NCBI GenBank assembly: GCA_965113315.1
Contig: OZ220369.1
Strand: one strand, 5' to 3'
Length of the DNA stretch: 64,000 nt
Source: Podarcis vaucheri
Lineage: Eukaryota
Position numbers and translations under genes: made by a program. The notes under the pieces were generated by a model. The model had not been told where the DNA came from. It worked only from the letters and a program-made list of their open reading frames with translations, and did not search any database. This document shows, in pieces, positions 37,401 through 64,000 of the stretch (positions within the stretch are counted from its first letter, which is position 1; each line of letters begins with the position of its first letter).

Positions 37401-40400
37401 TGTGGAAAACAATACATGTACCAACAATAAATTAGTGTCATACTCTGCCTCGTAAGAGAACATACTTTTAGATGCATTTTTTACGTAAGCTGTCCTGGAA
37501 ATTTCAACTGAAGAATACTATATAAATGTTCATAATAAAATGAAAAAATTAAGAGTAATAAAGCAGACTGAAAAGGTTTGCCTGCACTGTAAGTGAAGGT
37601 CCCAAAAGAAAAACTGCCATGAATAAAAAATTTAAATATCCAATAGTTCAGAAACTGATTATTCAGTCTGCCACCTGCCTGTTTATCTGGTGCAGCAACT
37701 GACCCTATTGCCACAAAATCAATGGAACGCAATATATAAGAATTACTTATAAAAATTAAAATTATGTTTTGTTTTTTGTAAACCACCCTGTGACCATTTT
37801 GCTGAAGGGAGGTACAGAGACCTCTAATATAAACTTATAATCAAACTAACCAATAAAAATACCTCAAAGCACTTCAAGAGACATCCATACAACTCCTGTC
37901 TTACAGTGCCTGTCCCACATGTATCCAGAGCTGACATAACTTAAATAACAAACACACATTCTCCACCTGCCTCCCCAATTCCTCTACTGTTTCCCTGTGT
38001 CTGTTTTAGAATGGAAATCTCTTCGGTTACAGGAATATATCATACCGGTGCATAAATGACACTATATGCACAACAAATAGTAATACTGTTGTTGTTATTA
38101 ATATGCCACTAAGAACAAGGGATGCGGGTGGCGCTGTGGGTTAAGCCACAGAGCCTAGGACTTGCCGATCAGAAGGTTGCGGTCCCTGCTCCTGCCAACC
38201 TAGCAGTTCAAAAGCACATCAAAGTGCAAGTAGATAAATAGGTACTGCTCCGGCGGGAAGGTAAACGGTGTTTCCGTGCGCTGCTCTGGTTCGCCAGAAG
38301 TGGCTTAGTCATGCTGGCCACATGACCCGGAAGTTGTACGCCGGCTCCCTCGGCCAATAAAGCGAAATGAGCACTGCAACCCCAGAGTCGGACATGACTG
38401 GACCTAATGGTCAGGGGTCCCTTTACCTTAAGAACAAACTACTAGTACAAATTCAGGTGAGGTGCCCTCTGATCTTAGGCTGTGTTCTCTCTAAGCCCAA
38501 AGTCAAGGACTTGGGCACCTTTGGAGAGCACTTGCTCTCCGCAATTGCTTGCTTGCCCACCAAGGCCTGTTTCCCTCCTTGCCCTTCTGATTTGTTTATG
38601 TACTCAGTCATGTGACTTGCCTAACTCTGATAGTGGGGACCTAACCCATGGTTGCACTGGAGGCCTCCTCCACGCCATCCAGAGAAATCTTGTATTATGA
38701 ATACAATGAAAGACAGCTTATTTATAAGAAGGGCATACTAAGCATATTGGAGAACTTGAAGATGGACAGTTGACTTTGTTGACAAAGGAGTCAACAAGGT
38801 GTTAGTTGCATTTTTTTTAAGAGACACACAAACAGTTGAGCAGGGAAGAGTCACCAGAGAGACGAATTCCTCAATACCTCATAATCCATTTCCAGACAGG
38901 CAAACATGGGATTTTCAAACCCCACATCTACTCCAACTACATGGTAAACCAAGGTGTTGGCTTTATGCGCTTCTAATGGGGAAGAAATTGTGAGTCGGGC
39001 TGCGGCATCCCTGTTCAGAATGTACACTAGCTTCTGCTTCTCAATGGCACCTATGAAGCGATAGACAGAGAGAACATTAGGAATACAGAAGCAGAAGATG
39101 TCTGCACTTTAATGCTTAAGGTGCCCAATCCCTACCCTTGCATAAGCAGCCCTTGCAGCCCTCTCAAGGCACAGCAGTTTTCCCCTGCTACTTTCCTGTT
39201 GGAAGAACCAGTAGTTGAATTCAGATGTAACACTAAACCAGTTTAACATTAGAAGTTGAACAACAGCAGGACTTGGGTTTCGCACACCCATCCTTTTCTG
39301 GACTACAAGAGCCATAACTGCCATTGTCATAGTGCAGCCCCATATAAAGGAAAGGTGGCATTAAGGTAGCTGCATACACTCTTAGAACCATGGCAGTGGA
39401 GGCTCACCTGAAGACACCTTTTTTCTCATCACAGGATGGTAAACAATTAGAAAACCATGTTCAACATTCAATGTTTTTACAGATCCACTTCAGCTACTAA
39501 GATTTGTATCAAACCCCAAAATTACATTTCAGCTTTAAAAAAAATGGCATGATGCATGCAAAAGAAAATGGGCATTTATGATGAGAACCTGATCAGAATT
39601 GGATCCAAATGTCTCCATGTCTTATGTCAGAGAAGAGACATGAATTCCTAATCATCACTTCAGGGAAGAGAAAACTGTTGCACCAGATATATAGGGCTCA
39701 AGTGCTTTTCTTCAAACTGACACCCACAAGGCTCCACTTACACCCCATTAAGCAAACTTAGCTAGTTCAGTTTTCTAATTCAGTTTCTAGTTCAGTTTTC
39801 TGCAGTCATACACATAACCACATCAAGTACCAAATGGGTAGCAGGAAAGTATTTTGAATTATACTACATTCCAACAAATTCTTCGTAACATGGAATCACC
39901 CTGATTGGCTGAGTAAATCTAGATGGAGTGGCTAAGAGTATAAACTGGGAATCCCTGGTCTAAATATCAATTCAACCACAAACTCACTTAGATAGCCTAA
40001 GGAAACTCACAACTTCTCAGTTCCCAATTGCAACACAGATCTAGTTGCACTGGGATCGCCAATAAAAGCACTTTTGATTGAAGCAGTTTCAAAACCTAAA
40101 CCAAGGATAGAAAAACCAACCAATGTTTCTTATCCAAATCATTTCTCCCATTCAGTTATTCAACGTTATTATACAGCTACCACTGAAAACAACCATCCCA
40201 ACTTACTAATCATGACAGCTCGCCCCTTAGGATCCACAGCCAAATACTGTCCAGGAACAATTCTGCGACAGCCACTCTTGCCAAAGGTTTCCTGGTGAAT
40301 CTTCTCAAATACATTTTTTGAGGGCTGATATTCCAAGATAACAATGCGACCTGAATCACTGCCCACCACAATGTAGTCTTTGGTTCCACCAGTTAATCTG

Positions 40401-41170
40401 AAGGCCATGAGAGAACGAATGATTCCAAAGACTTCCACTGTCAGCAAAGTATGAACTTTTCCTGTGTTTGGATCAGGACGAAGCAACTCCAAGATTTTGC
40501 CTCGAGAAACAACAATTTCTTGTTGTTTGGTACCTAAAAAGAAAAGAAAAACCTGATCAGTCGAAGAGGAAGATGGCCAAAGCATCAGCACTTCTCTATC
40601 AAACCTCCCATTGCTGCTTACAAATTCAAAAGTGCCTTGTAGGTTTGTTTTCCCTACCTGAGTTGTGACCACTTTTTACAGAGAGAACACATAAGTAGTC
40701 ATTCTGAAATTGTGATGCAGACCAGAAATCAGAATGCCAAATCTTGAATCAGAATTAGAGGTCAACAGACAAGTTGCTTACTTTTCAAAAGCATATTGCT
40801 CTGCTATGATGTGTGGCCACTTAACCTTGCCCTTCCTTGCCTTTTGATAAGCCAAGGAAAAAAGTGAATGTTGCAAGCCTAACCACTGCCTGATGTCTGA
40901 AGAGGTTCAGAAAACTTAGTTTATTTGGCCCAGAAAAATATGACAAAGTTGAGATCCCATATTCTACAGGAGTCCTGAAATAGTATCGCTGCCATTCTAA
41001 ACAAAATTGCAGGTATACAACTTCAGCAGAAATACATGCTATGTCTAATATCAGACTTTGCTTTCACCTTTCATCTAAGCTTTCAGTCATAACGGAGTAC
41101 CTGAAAAGTTGCCATGGATGGCATAACTGATCCCGGTGGCTCGCTGCAGAGTTAGGTTATAAAGGAACAT
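9419..41170 (-). CDS. SF3B3: Splicing factor 3B subunit 3 (SAP130), complete CDS 3654 nt / 1217 aa. Coding exons: 41170-41101, 40533-40207, 39050-38878, 37399-37258, 36571-36459, 34613-34476, 34279-34176, 33387-33222, 31686-31591, 30414-30342, 24490-24339, 23532-23377, 22962-22807, 21790-21647, 21042-20920, 20215-20061, 19429-19255, 18726-18521, 18054-17898, 17096-16971, 16116-15904, 15231-15133, 12230-12087, 10620-10516, 9559-9419
   Basis: Translation runs [41 protein letters not shown]...[13 protein letters not shown], nearly identical to vertebrate SF3B3; all 24 introns GT-AG; exon lengths sum to 1218 codons. Confidence 0.98.
10769..11021. mobile_element. Non-autonomous hAT MITE
   Basis: TIRs caggggtaggcaacct / aggttgctaacccctg; 8-bp TSD tcttagag / tcctagag (1 mismatch). 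Confidence 0.85.
11062..11460 (-). mobile_element. Decayed non-LTR retrotransposon (LINE) reverse-transcriptase fragment
   Basis: Minus-strand translation [12 protein letters not shown]...[37 protein letters not shown]...[17 protein letters not shown] shows classic LINE RT N-terminal motifs (KAPG.D, W, PIxKKG, YRPISL, QxGF) with a stop and a frameshift; clade not assigned. Confidence 0.85.
12713..12937. mobile_element. Tc1/mariner (Tigger-like) MITE
   Basis: TIRs cagtggtacct / aggtaccactg; TA at the right end (12938-12939), CA at the left (mutated TA). Confidence 0.8.
13271..13451 (+). promoter_or_regulatory. Tandem repeat array of promoter-like motifs inside the hAT element
   Basis: GGGGAATCCC (NF-kB consensus) x4 at 13282, 13310, 13351, 13391; CACGTG E-boxes at 13273 and 13301; CCAAT at 13424; GGGGCGTGG GC/KLF box at 13442; function unproven. 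Confidence 0.5.
13541..13750 (+). pseudogene. CDK5R2: Captured internal fragment of CDK5 activator 2 (p39), embedded in chimeric ORF 13535-13849 (104 aa)
   Basis: [17 protein letters not shown]...PPPPPPPP...[28 protein letters not shown] matches p39 ([11 protein letters not shown]; [28 protein letters not shown]); STGE/LGDFV distinguishes it from p35 (STSE/LGEFL); homology ends abruptly at 13750. Confidence 0.9.
30775..30910. mobile_element. Palindromic hAT-type MITE (136 bp)
   Basis: Near-complete inverted repeat (caggcagaggcaaacttggccctccagatgtttt...aaaacatctggagggccaagtttgcctatgcctg) with perfect 8-bp TSD ttctagct. Confidence 0.9.
32015..32390 (-). mobile_element. 5'-truncated L1-like LINE 3' end
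   Basis: Minus strand encodes KLMDYAEM / [28 protein letters not shown], resembling squamate L1 ORF2 C-termini, followed by an AT-rich 3' UTR and A-rich tail. Confidence 0.6.
33569..33754. mobile_element. Non-autonomous hAT MITE
   Basis: Imperfect TIRs caggagttgtcaac / gttgactacccctg; perfect 8-bp TSD gtctatct (33561-33568, 33755-33762). Confidence 0.85.
34381..34438. repeat. Compound (CT)n(CA)n microsatellite in SF3B3 intron 7
   Basis: Directly visible. Confidence 0.95.
35312..35381 (-). ncRNA. SNORD111: Box C/D snoRNA, SNORD111 family (SF3B3 intron 6)
   Basis: Minus strand gcttgat-GTGATGA-gttgATGTCTCTTCT-CTGA-...-CTGA-tcaagc: terminal stem, C, D' and D boxes, and the SNORD111 guide complementary to 28S rRNA GAAGAGACAU; SF3B3 is the known host gene. 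Confidence 0.85.
35513..35719 (+). mobile_element. 5'-truncated squamate SINE (Squam2-like) with (CTT)n tail
   Basis: B-box-like cgggttcg, core gggtgaccttgggccagtcac, 3' end gccgctttgagactcc...ggcgggatatcaaatccaaactcttct. Confidence 0.65.
38119..38428 (+). mobile_element. Sauria SINE (Squam1), lacertid-type, with internal deletion
   Basis: Head gggatgcgggtggcgctgtgggttaa, body aaagtgcaagtagataaataggtac, tail ggggtccctttacct; 9-bp TSD taagaacaa (38110-38118, 38429-38437). Confidence 0.9.
39588..39664 (-). ncRNA. SNORD111B: Box C/D snoRNA, SNORD111 family (SF3B3 intron 3; probable SNORD111B orthologue)
   Basis: Minus strand cctgaa-GTGATGA-ttaggaaTTCATGTCTCTTCT-CTGA-...-CTGA-tcagg: terminal stem, C/D'/D boxes, full SNORD111 guide. 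Confidence 0.88.
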
Positions 41171-42029
41171 GGTGCCGATTGATATCACTTCACCTCAGTT
41201 CACCTGCTGAGAAAAGGAAACCAGTTAATACACTATGCATGCTTTTTTAAACTTGTTCAATTCTGACCACACATTTACATAAATGCCAATTGGTGGAGAA
41301 AACTTGAACATTAAACCCATTTGAGAGATGCTTCATATGAACACTTTACAGACTGAAAAACCTCAACGAGGTGGTTTTTCCTTCCTAACTTTCCACAAAG
41401 CAAAATGTTCTTATGAAGGAAGCAAGTGTTAAAACTGAAAGTAACGGGCACCCTGAAAATATTTGTTTCCTAATTTTAATGATGAATCAACATCAACTTG
41501 CAGTTTCACTGGAGGGGATACAGACACTTTTTACAATTTGTTACTTAATAAATTCACATATTACAATGGAGCAGACATTCCCAGAGTAGCAGCCATTAAA
41601 TCTGCTGCAGCTAAAACAACTAAATATCTTGTGGCATGTTAAAAACTTAAACATTTTTATGATATAAGATTTTATAGACTAAAGTCCAGCTCACCAAAGT
41701 TATTTTAAAAAGTATTAGACAACTTAAAAGATGTATGGCATGGTCAGGGAGAACAATTTTAGCAGGCCTTATTTCTGAGTAGACATGCACAGGACTGCAC
41801 GGCTGCATGAATCCTGACCACATTCACTTTCGAGTACACATGCAGTAGGGATGGGCGGAGAGAAATACGTCTCTTACAAATAAAGAGCAGCACCGTCCTC
41901 TCCACGTTGACTCAAACGTAAGTGCCACCCCGCTCAATGCGGCTTCCACCTCCACAATAAACCTGCCTTGGTATTCCAAGTTATGTGGGTTAAAACAATG
42001 GAGGGACGAGCTTAAACCCTGCACGAAAA

Positions 42030-43608
42030 ACTCCCTCGTGGTTTGCGAAAAAGCAGCGCGCGCCCTACCGCTGCTGCTAGGCGCCCCCTCCCATCAGTGG
42101 GCAAAGTGAAAATGCGGCCAAGATTGTCCAGAGAAGGGTGAAAAAGCGCGGCGCCCTCACCGCCTGCTTGTACAGAGCTCTTTCCCGCCCGCACCGGCGT
42201 CGCCCAGCAACGGCCCACTCAAGGGCCTCGGTAACACCGCGCGTGTGGCAGCCTACAAATACGCCATGGCCTCCTCCCGCCGGGGATTAGAGAAGTTGCA
42301 GCCTAATTCTGAAAGGGATCTGGCAGCGTTTACCGCAGGAGAAGCGCGGATGACGGCGGATCCTGCCGCTGCTTCACTTCCTCCACAGCCCGCAGTCAAG
42401 CACCGCCATTGCCTCAGCGGCCTTCCGCGCTCCTTGGGTCCTTCCACGTAAGTAGCGCGGAACTGAGCGATTGGGCTGGCCACGGCGTGCCAGAAGCAAC
42501 CCCCGCGCGGCTTGGACTGTTCCACTTTACCCGTTTTAGCCTGGAGTTGTTGTTGTTTTGCTCTGGAAATAATCTCACTATTTTATTTTGCAATAGAAAC
42601 GCCGCTGTTGGTGGTTGTTTCCCCCACCCCGAGACACAGGCAATAGCTTAGGCACCTATATTAATGTTCCCGGATGTGACGATTTGTCTGCTATAGTCTA
42701 TTTTGCATAGACGTATACACGGACGCCGGAAACCGAATTCACTTTTGGACGCTATGCTTTCCCCACTTTCTAGGAGCTTCACTGTCTTTTCTGTCCATTC
42801 TCCTGCTAGCCTTTGTCTGCCTGTGCTCCGTTGCCTCGCGGGTTTTATTCTCCGCTTGTATTCTTTAGAAGACATTTGAAGGCAGCCCTGTATCGGGAAG
42901 TTTTTAACGCTTGGTGTTTGACGATGTGTGTATATATATGCTGTAAGCCGCTCAGAGTGGCTGGGGAAACCCAGCCAGATGGGCAGGGTATAAATAATAA
43001 AATTGTTGTTGTTATGTTGAAACGCTTGGGCTGAAATGCACTGAGCCGGTGCGGGGTCCTGGTGACCGTGTTAGATCAGGACTTGGGAGGTCTCGGGCAT
43101 GTCCCCGTCTCTCTCGCAGGGGTTTTGTGAGGATAAAGCAGCCCCCGTGGAGCATGGAGATTGCGTCCAGCGCTTTGAGCCCCATGGAGGAAAGGCAATG
43201 AGAGACAAAGTGAAATGAAGTAAAACAGGCGTTGCAGCCATCAAGAGCCAGGGGAGACGCGGGAGACACGGCTTCAACGCTCCCGCTCAGCCTTAGAAGT
43301 CAGAGGCTGCCCTTAGGCTAATCGCTACCTCTCGGCTTGTAGGGCTACCTCGCAGGGTGGTTGTGAGAATAAAATGTGGGAGGAGAGCCGTGAGCTTCCT
43401 GGGCGAAAGAGGGCGCAGAAATCTAATTACAGATCAGTAACAAAAGCCCCCATCCCGCGGCTTCTGTGGTCAGTTTACGCTTAGGGCCCGGGCGGGAGGT
43501 GGGGTACCATTAAAAAAAAAGCGTCCTCAGGAGCCCTGAAGCGCCATTTCCTGGCTAATCGAGCGCGACTCTTCAATTTTCTTATCTCTAGAACGACGTG
43601 GGGCCAAA

Positions 43609-43620
<12 letters not shown>
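42030..43620. promoter_or_regulatory. Divergent CpG-rich promoter region for SF3B3 (-) and COG4 (+); probable SF3B3 non-coding exon 1 around 42334-42450
   Basis: CpG-rich blocks; ETS-like cacttcc/ccggaa motifs; reverse CCAAT (gattgg ~42469); YY1-like aaaatggcgg over the COG4 ATG; candidate minus-strand donor GCG|gtaaac at 42334. Confidence 0.7.
42860..43012 (+). mobile_element. LINE (L2-like) 3' end fragment inside the promoter interval
   Basis: ctgtaagccgctcagagtggctggggaaacccagccagatgggcagggtataaataataaaatt(gtt)n resembles lizard L2 3' termini. Confidence 0.6.
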
Positions 43621-59744
<16,124 letters not shown>

Positions 59745-60349
59745 CTGTCTTTGCAACAACCTACTCCTGCTAGTGGAGATCACTGGTGCCCTCTTCTAAG
59801 AAGGCCTTGCTATGTTCTTAAGACTGGAGGGAAATGCAAGTCCCTTTCCCAGTGGGATCTCTGAAGCTGAAAGAACAACCACCTCAGTATACGTTGGGTA
59901 AACTTCAGAACCTTCGTTCCTCCTTCAGAGATTTCTCTCTTGTTTTTCTGCAAGTTGGTACAGCTCGCCTGTTTCTACATCTTTATCATAATGCACAAAC
60001 ATTTCTACACAAATTCAAGTTAAATAACAACTGAAATTGCCAAGCAATTATTGTAAATTTTAGTTAGCAAGTGGGGCTAAGACCACAGATCAACTAAGTC
60101 ACAGGAACAAGATGGTGCTTTGGGGGATGTAGACATGTCTTCTATGCTGGTAGATTCTGCATTCTGTCCTTGGTGTCTCCAGTGAAAAGGCTCTTTAGAA
60201 ACAGAGACAGTTAAGGTGCCTGATTATGACCCTGGATAGCTGCCTCCAGTTAGAGTCAACAATGCTGAGCTCCACCAATCAATGGTCTGAATTCATTTAA
60301 GATCCCTTAATGTGTTCATCATATGCTGTGCGGAGGGTGGGTCGATTTA

Positions 60350-60382
60350 AATAAAGGAGATTTACATCAGCAAGGAAATAAA
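60350..60382 (+). terminator. Probable COG4 polyadenylation signals
   Basis: AATAAA at 60350-60355 and 60377-60382, ~610-640 nt after the stop. Confidence 0.6.
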
Positions 60383-60627
60383 AAGTTTTTCATTGATTAC
60401 TTCATGTAATTTCCTGAAGAATGCTGCAGATCTGACTGCCAGGCCCTACTAATTCACAACTAAGTATTGTTTTTCACTTGGGTGAGGCAGCTGCTGTTTT
60501 CACCCCATCTGCAGTGAAGGAGTGCATGAATCTTCCAAAGAAAAATACTAAACCAAATTCAGCCACTGAGTCATTCGTCCATAGATCTTGCACAGCTGTA
60601 GGATGTGGGCAGGAAACCCTGCAGTGC

Positions 60628-63318
60628 CTATGGTTCCCAATCCTCCTCCAGAAGCTGTATTTGGAACCCAGCTGTGTCCACCTCCACAGTGTGGATGCTG
60701 AAATTCCCCAGGCCCTGAAAGGAAAGCATGCAGGGTGAGTGAAATATTCACTACAAAATATTTAAGTCAGAATATTTTGTTCTGAAGCCTGATGGAACTT
60801 CAACACTACAAGGGGGTCGACTGTCACTCCTGACCTGACATCAGGGCTACATGCCCTGGAAGGTCACAGGCCAGTGCAGAGGCCACTCTTCTCTTTGGCC
60901 AGGGGGCTACATTCTAGCTCTGCACATGTCTCCATCTGGCCCAAGCAAAGAGGCATCATCACAACTGAAGAGCCCAGCCAAAGCGCTCAAAGATTATGCC
61001 AAGCAGTGTTGGTGAGAAGTGCAGCCTGGGCAAGGGGTGTGGCCTAACCCTGGCCAGAATCTCAAGGGCCTGTTAGAGAGGCCTGGAGGGCCAAACTCAG
61101 CTCCCAAGTGTGAGGCTCCCCCTTCCTGCAACTACATGGTACCCGCCCATCACTGAATTTCCCCTCTCCGAATTTGCTTGGGAGAGGGTGTGCATTAACC
61201 TGCTCCTGAACCCCAAACCTGCAAAATGTGCCCTGCTGAAATTTCTGCAGGGAGACACTGATTAACAGGGACTTGGGAGCTGGCTCCACTCACCTCTGTT
61301 TCCGTCAAGATCCTTTGCAAGGCCTCTTGGTTCCTGGGCTCTTTAGTTAAGACATAGAGAAAGCCACCTCCTCCAGCGCCAGCCATGCTCTGCCCATAGA
61401 CATGAGGCTGGAGCACCTCCATCATGCGCCGGACAGCCAAAGGCTCACACCCAGGGGCCATATTCTTCTTCTGCAGCCAGTAATGATTCATACACTTGCC
61501 CAGGAGAGCCAGGTTGCCTGGGGTGAGGAGGAGGAGTTGCAGGACACTCTGGCATTGAACGATTTGCCCTTCTTAAAGCAAAGTTGCTAGGTCTCCTTTC
61601 CCTGTCAGATACAGCCATGACAGTGCTCTTGGCTCTAATCACATGGTGTGCATGTCAGCCTTCTTCCTTCTGGGAAAATCTGACACCTGGGCTGGGCTGC
61701 CCACCACAGAAGTGGGAAGATAGTAGCTCTGGCTGCTCTTCCCTGCTGCTTCTCTGTTGCTTTCAATCTAGCAAGAGGAGCGCTACAAGATCCAGCTAGA
61801 TAGAATTGCTTTCCCCAAACCAGTGAGTGCTGGCTGGGGCTGATGGGGCTTGCCCTCCAGATGTTTTGGACTGCAGCAATTTGGGGAAGGCTAAAGCCCA
61901 TGATGACATCTTAAAAGATGCCCCGCTCCCACTCCCATTGGCTGTTGCCTGGAGTAATTGCTCTGAAGCACACAAACACAACTACCCTGGTAGCTCCTGC
62001 AAAATGAGAGCCTGTTCAACATAGGAGGTGGTTTCTGTGCAAGGTGTTTTGTTTGGAGGTTCTAGCAGGGGAGCGCAGCTATCGTATACCCTTGACCGAA
62101 GAACGGTACACTCCTTCTATCTGGGATNNNNNNNNNNNNNNNNNNNNNNNNNNNNNNNNNNNNNNNNNNNNNNNNNNNNNNNNNNNNNNNNNNNNNNNNN
62201 NNNNNNNNNNNNNNNNNNNNNNNNNNNNNNNNNNNNNNNNNNNNNNNNNNNNNNNNNNNNNNNNNNNNNNNNNNNNNNNNNNNNNNNNNNNNNNNTTTGA
62301 GCAGAGGCACTGTAGCCTCTGCCCTGGGTAACGAACTGTACAAGATGCCCAAGGAACAAACTGCAGTACCTTGCCGAAGGGCCTGGGCACACTCCTCTGC
62401 GTTGTTCACCAGTGCGCTGGCATTCTGCACAATGGTGGGTAGCCGGGCATACCAGTTCCTTAGAACATCCTGAAAGAAAAGGAAGCAATTAAAGGTTGTC
62501 TGCGTTTCTGGTGCTCAAGAGTGCTTAGAGGAAGAAAGGCTTAGCAAATTCCAACTCCACAACCACCCTCCTGCACCTTGGGGAAAGTGCCAGTGTAAGA
62601 ATACTCTTTTTAACATTGTGTTTTAAATGAGAGCCATCCTGGTGTCATTGGTTAGAACGCTGGACTAGAACCTGGGAGACCAGGGTTCAAATCCCCACAT
62701 GACCATGAGATTCATGGAGTGACCTTGGGGGCCAGTCAGTGCCTCTCAGTCTAACCGATGTCACAGGGTTGTTAATGGAGATTAAATTGAGGAGGGAGAG
62801 AACCATGTTGGCCACCTCGAGCTCCTTGGAGGAAAAGGTGGGATATAATTGAAATAAATAATGAAATAAATTGCGTTTTACGTGACCCTAGGACCTTAGG
62901 TTGAAGGGAGGGTAATAAAACAATAAGAAAAGTATTAATAAGAATACATGCAACTCTACCAGGTGAGTCATCCTACCTGTGTAGACCAAAACACAAGGAT
63001 GAAGTGCATCATGCCAACAGCACAGGGAGAAAGGTACACCCGTTGTAGGACAGGTACAACTCTCTGCTCTAAGCTACGTCAGAGCTGTGGACCTCAGGCC
63101 ACAACTGGCACCTCCAAGCACCTTCTGTACCTGGAGCAGGTTGCGGGCCAGGCGGGTCTTGCCCGTGTACAGCAGGAGCAGGTGCTCATTCAGGGTGTAT
63201 ATGAAGCCCTCCGGGACGGTGATCTGCTCCACTTCTACTTTTAGTGGCAGCTGAGGCTTTGAACGCCCAATCTTGAGGCCTGGCACCAGCCCACCCACTT
63301 GATCCTGCCACCCTCCAC
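60628..63318 (-). CDS. FCSK: L-fucose kinase, last four coding exons: 63318-63131, 62469-62370, 61517-61294, 60714-60628 (stop TAG); rest of the gene lies beyond the window
   Basis: [19 protein letters not shown]...[15 protein letters not shown] | [11 protein letters not shown]... | ...[11 protein letters not shown]...[20 protein letters not shown] (GHMP kinase motif) | [13 protein letters not shown]...*; GT-AG boundaries and phases compatible; synteny with COG4. Confidence 0.95.
62049..62127 (-). pseudogene. 7SK snRNA-derived fragment (probable 3'-truncated retrocopy) in an FCSK intron; 5' part presumably hidden in the adjacent N run
   Basis: Reverse complement atcccagatagaaggagtgtaccgttcttcggtcaagggtatacgatagctgcgctcccctgctagaacctccaaacaa matches the central part of vertebrate 7SK (about nt 155-232). 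Confidence 0.88.
62128..62295. other. Run of 168 N (assembly gap or masked sequence)
   Basis: Directly visible. Confidence 1.
62632..62860 (+). mobile_element. Old tRNA-derived CORE/MIR-like SINE
   Basis: tggtgtcattggttagaacgctggactagaacctgggagaccagggttcaaatcccc head, gtgaccttggg core, cacagggttgtt, A-rich tail. Confidence 0.65.
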
Positions 63319-64000
63319 CTGCAAGGAACAAGAACAAGTGTTGAGGAAGAGATCCTGCTTTTTACCAGTTGCCAGGTGAATCCCTTGTGGGAGGCAGGAG
63401 GGGTCTCTGATCCAATGGAGACAAGACTTATCTATAGTTGGGAGGCCTCTTCCTTTCTGAAGCAGTAAAATTGCTGATGTGGGAAAGGACAGAAGGACCC
63501 TGCTTTGGTTTAATCTGGTTTCAATTATTACACCATGTTTTTATAGTTTAAAAATGTATAATCAGACATGATAAAGCATGGGATAGAATTCACATTATTA
63601 ACATCACTTGAAGTCCTTTTATTTGTCCAGGCCTGCAGAATGATGATGGCCTTTTAATTATTGTATTTTGCTTATGGTTTTATCCTGTTCTATGTTGTAA
63701 GCTATCCTGGGCACCCTTTGAGTAGGAACCGTGCCATGGACAGGGGTTATTCAAAAGTGACTTTCCCGTCAGATTGAGCACCTTTCCATGATGTCTCATC
63801 CTCGGCAATATTAGGAAGTAGGTGTGAGAAGCAGAATACCAAACATAGATCCTTGCTTCAGCCAATATAGATAACACCCACATTGGTTTATCTGAATGTG
63901 AATGCTCTGCCCCAGTGGCAAAGCAGCACTGAATGTAATTATCAAAAGAATAAGGTAAAGACCCTTCTCCTATGCATCCCATTGCATATCTAAGAGATGC

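Overview
Vertebrate genomic DNA, most likely from a squamate; the SINE and MITE content suggests a lacertid lizard. The window carries the conserved block found at human 16q22. In order: the 3' end of MTSS2/MTSS1L (+), the complete SF3B3 coding sequence (-, 25 coding exons, 1217 aa) with two intronic SNORD111-family C/D snoRNAs, head-to-head COG4 (+, 19 exons, 786 aa), and the last four exons of FCSK/FUK (-). All exon boundaries were read by eye as GT-AG, and the exon lengths sum to intact reading frames. The most unusual object is a 1,563-bp non-autonomous hAT transposon in SF3B3 intron 23 (13040-14602), with perfect 15-bp TIRs and a perfect 8-bp TSD. It has captured a ~210-bp coding fragment of the neuronal CDK5 activator CDK5R2 (p39). 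That fragment sits in a new 104-aa ORF downstream of a CpG-rich array of NF-kB/E-box/CCAAT/GC-box-like motifs, making it a Pack-TIR-type gene-capture element. Also notable: IL34, which lies between MTSS2 and SF3B3 in human, is absent from the 2.3-kb interval; a 3'-truncated 7SK retrocopy abuts the N-gap in an FCSK intron; and SF3B3 intron 11 holds a candidate poison exon. Gene and repeat-family identities rest on my recall of known sequences, not on database searches.
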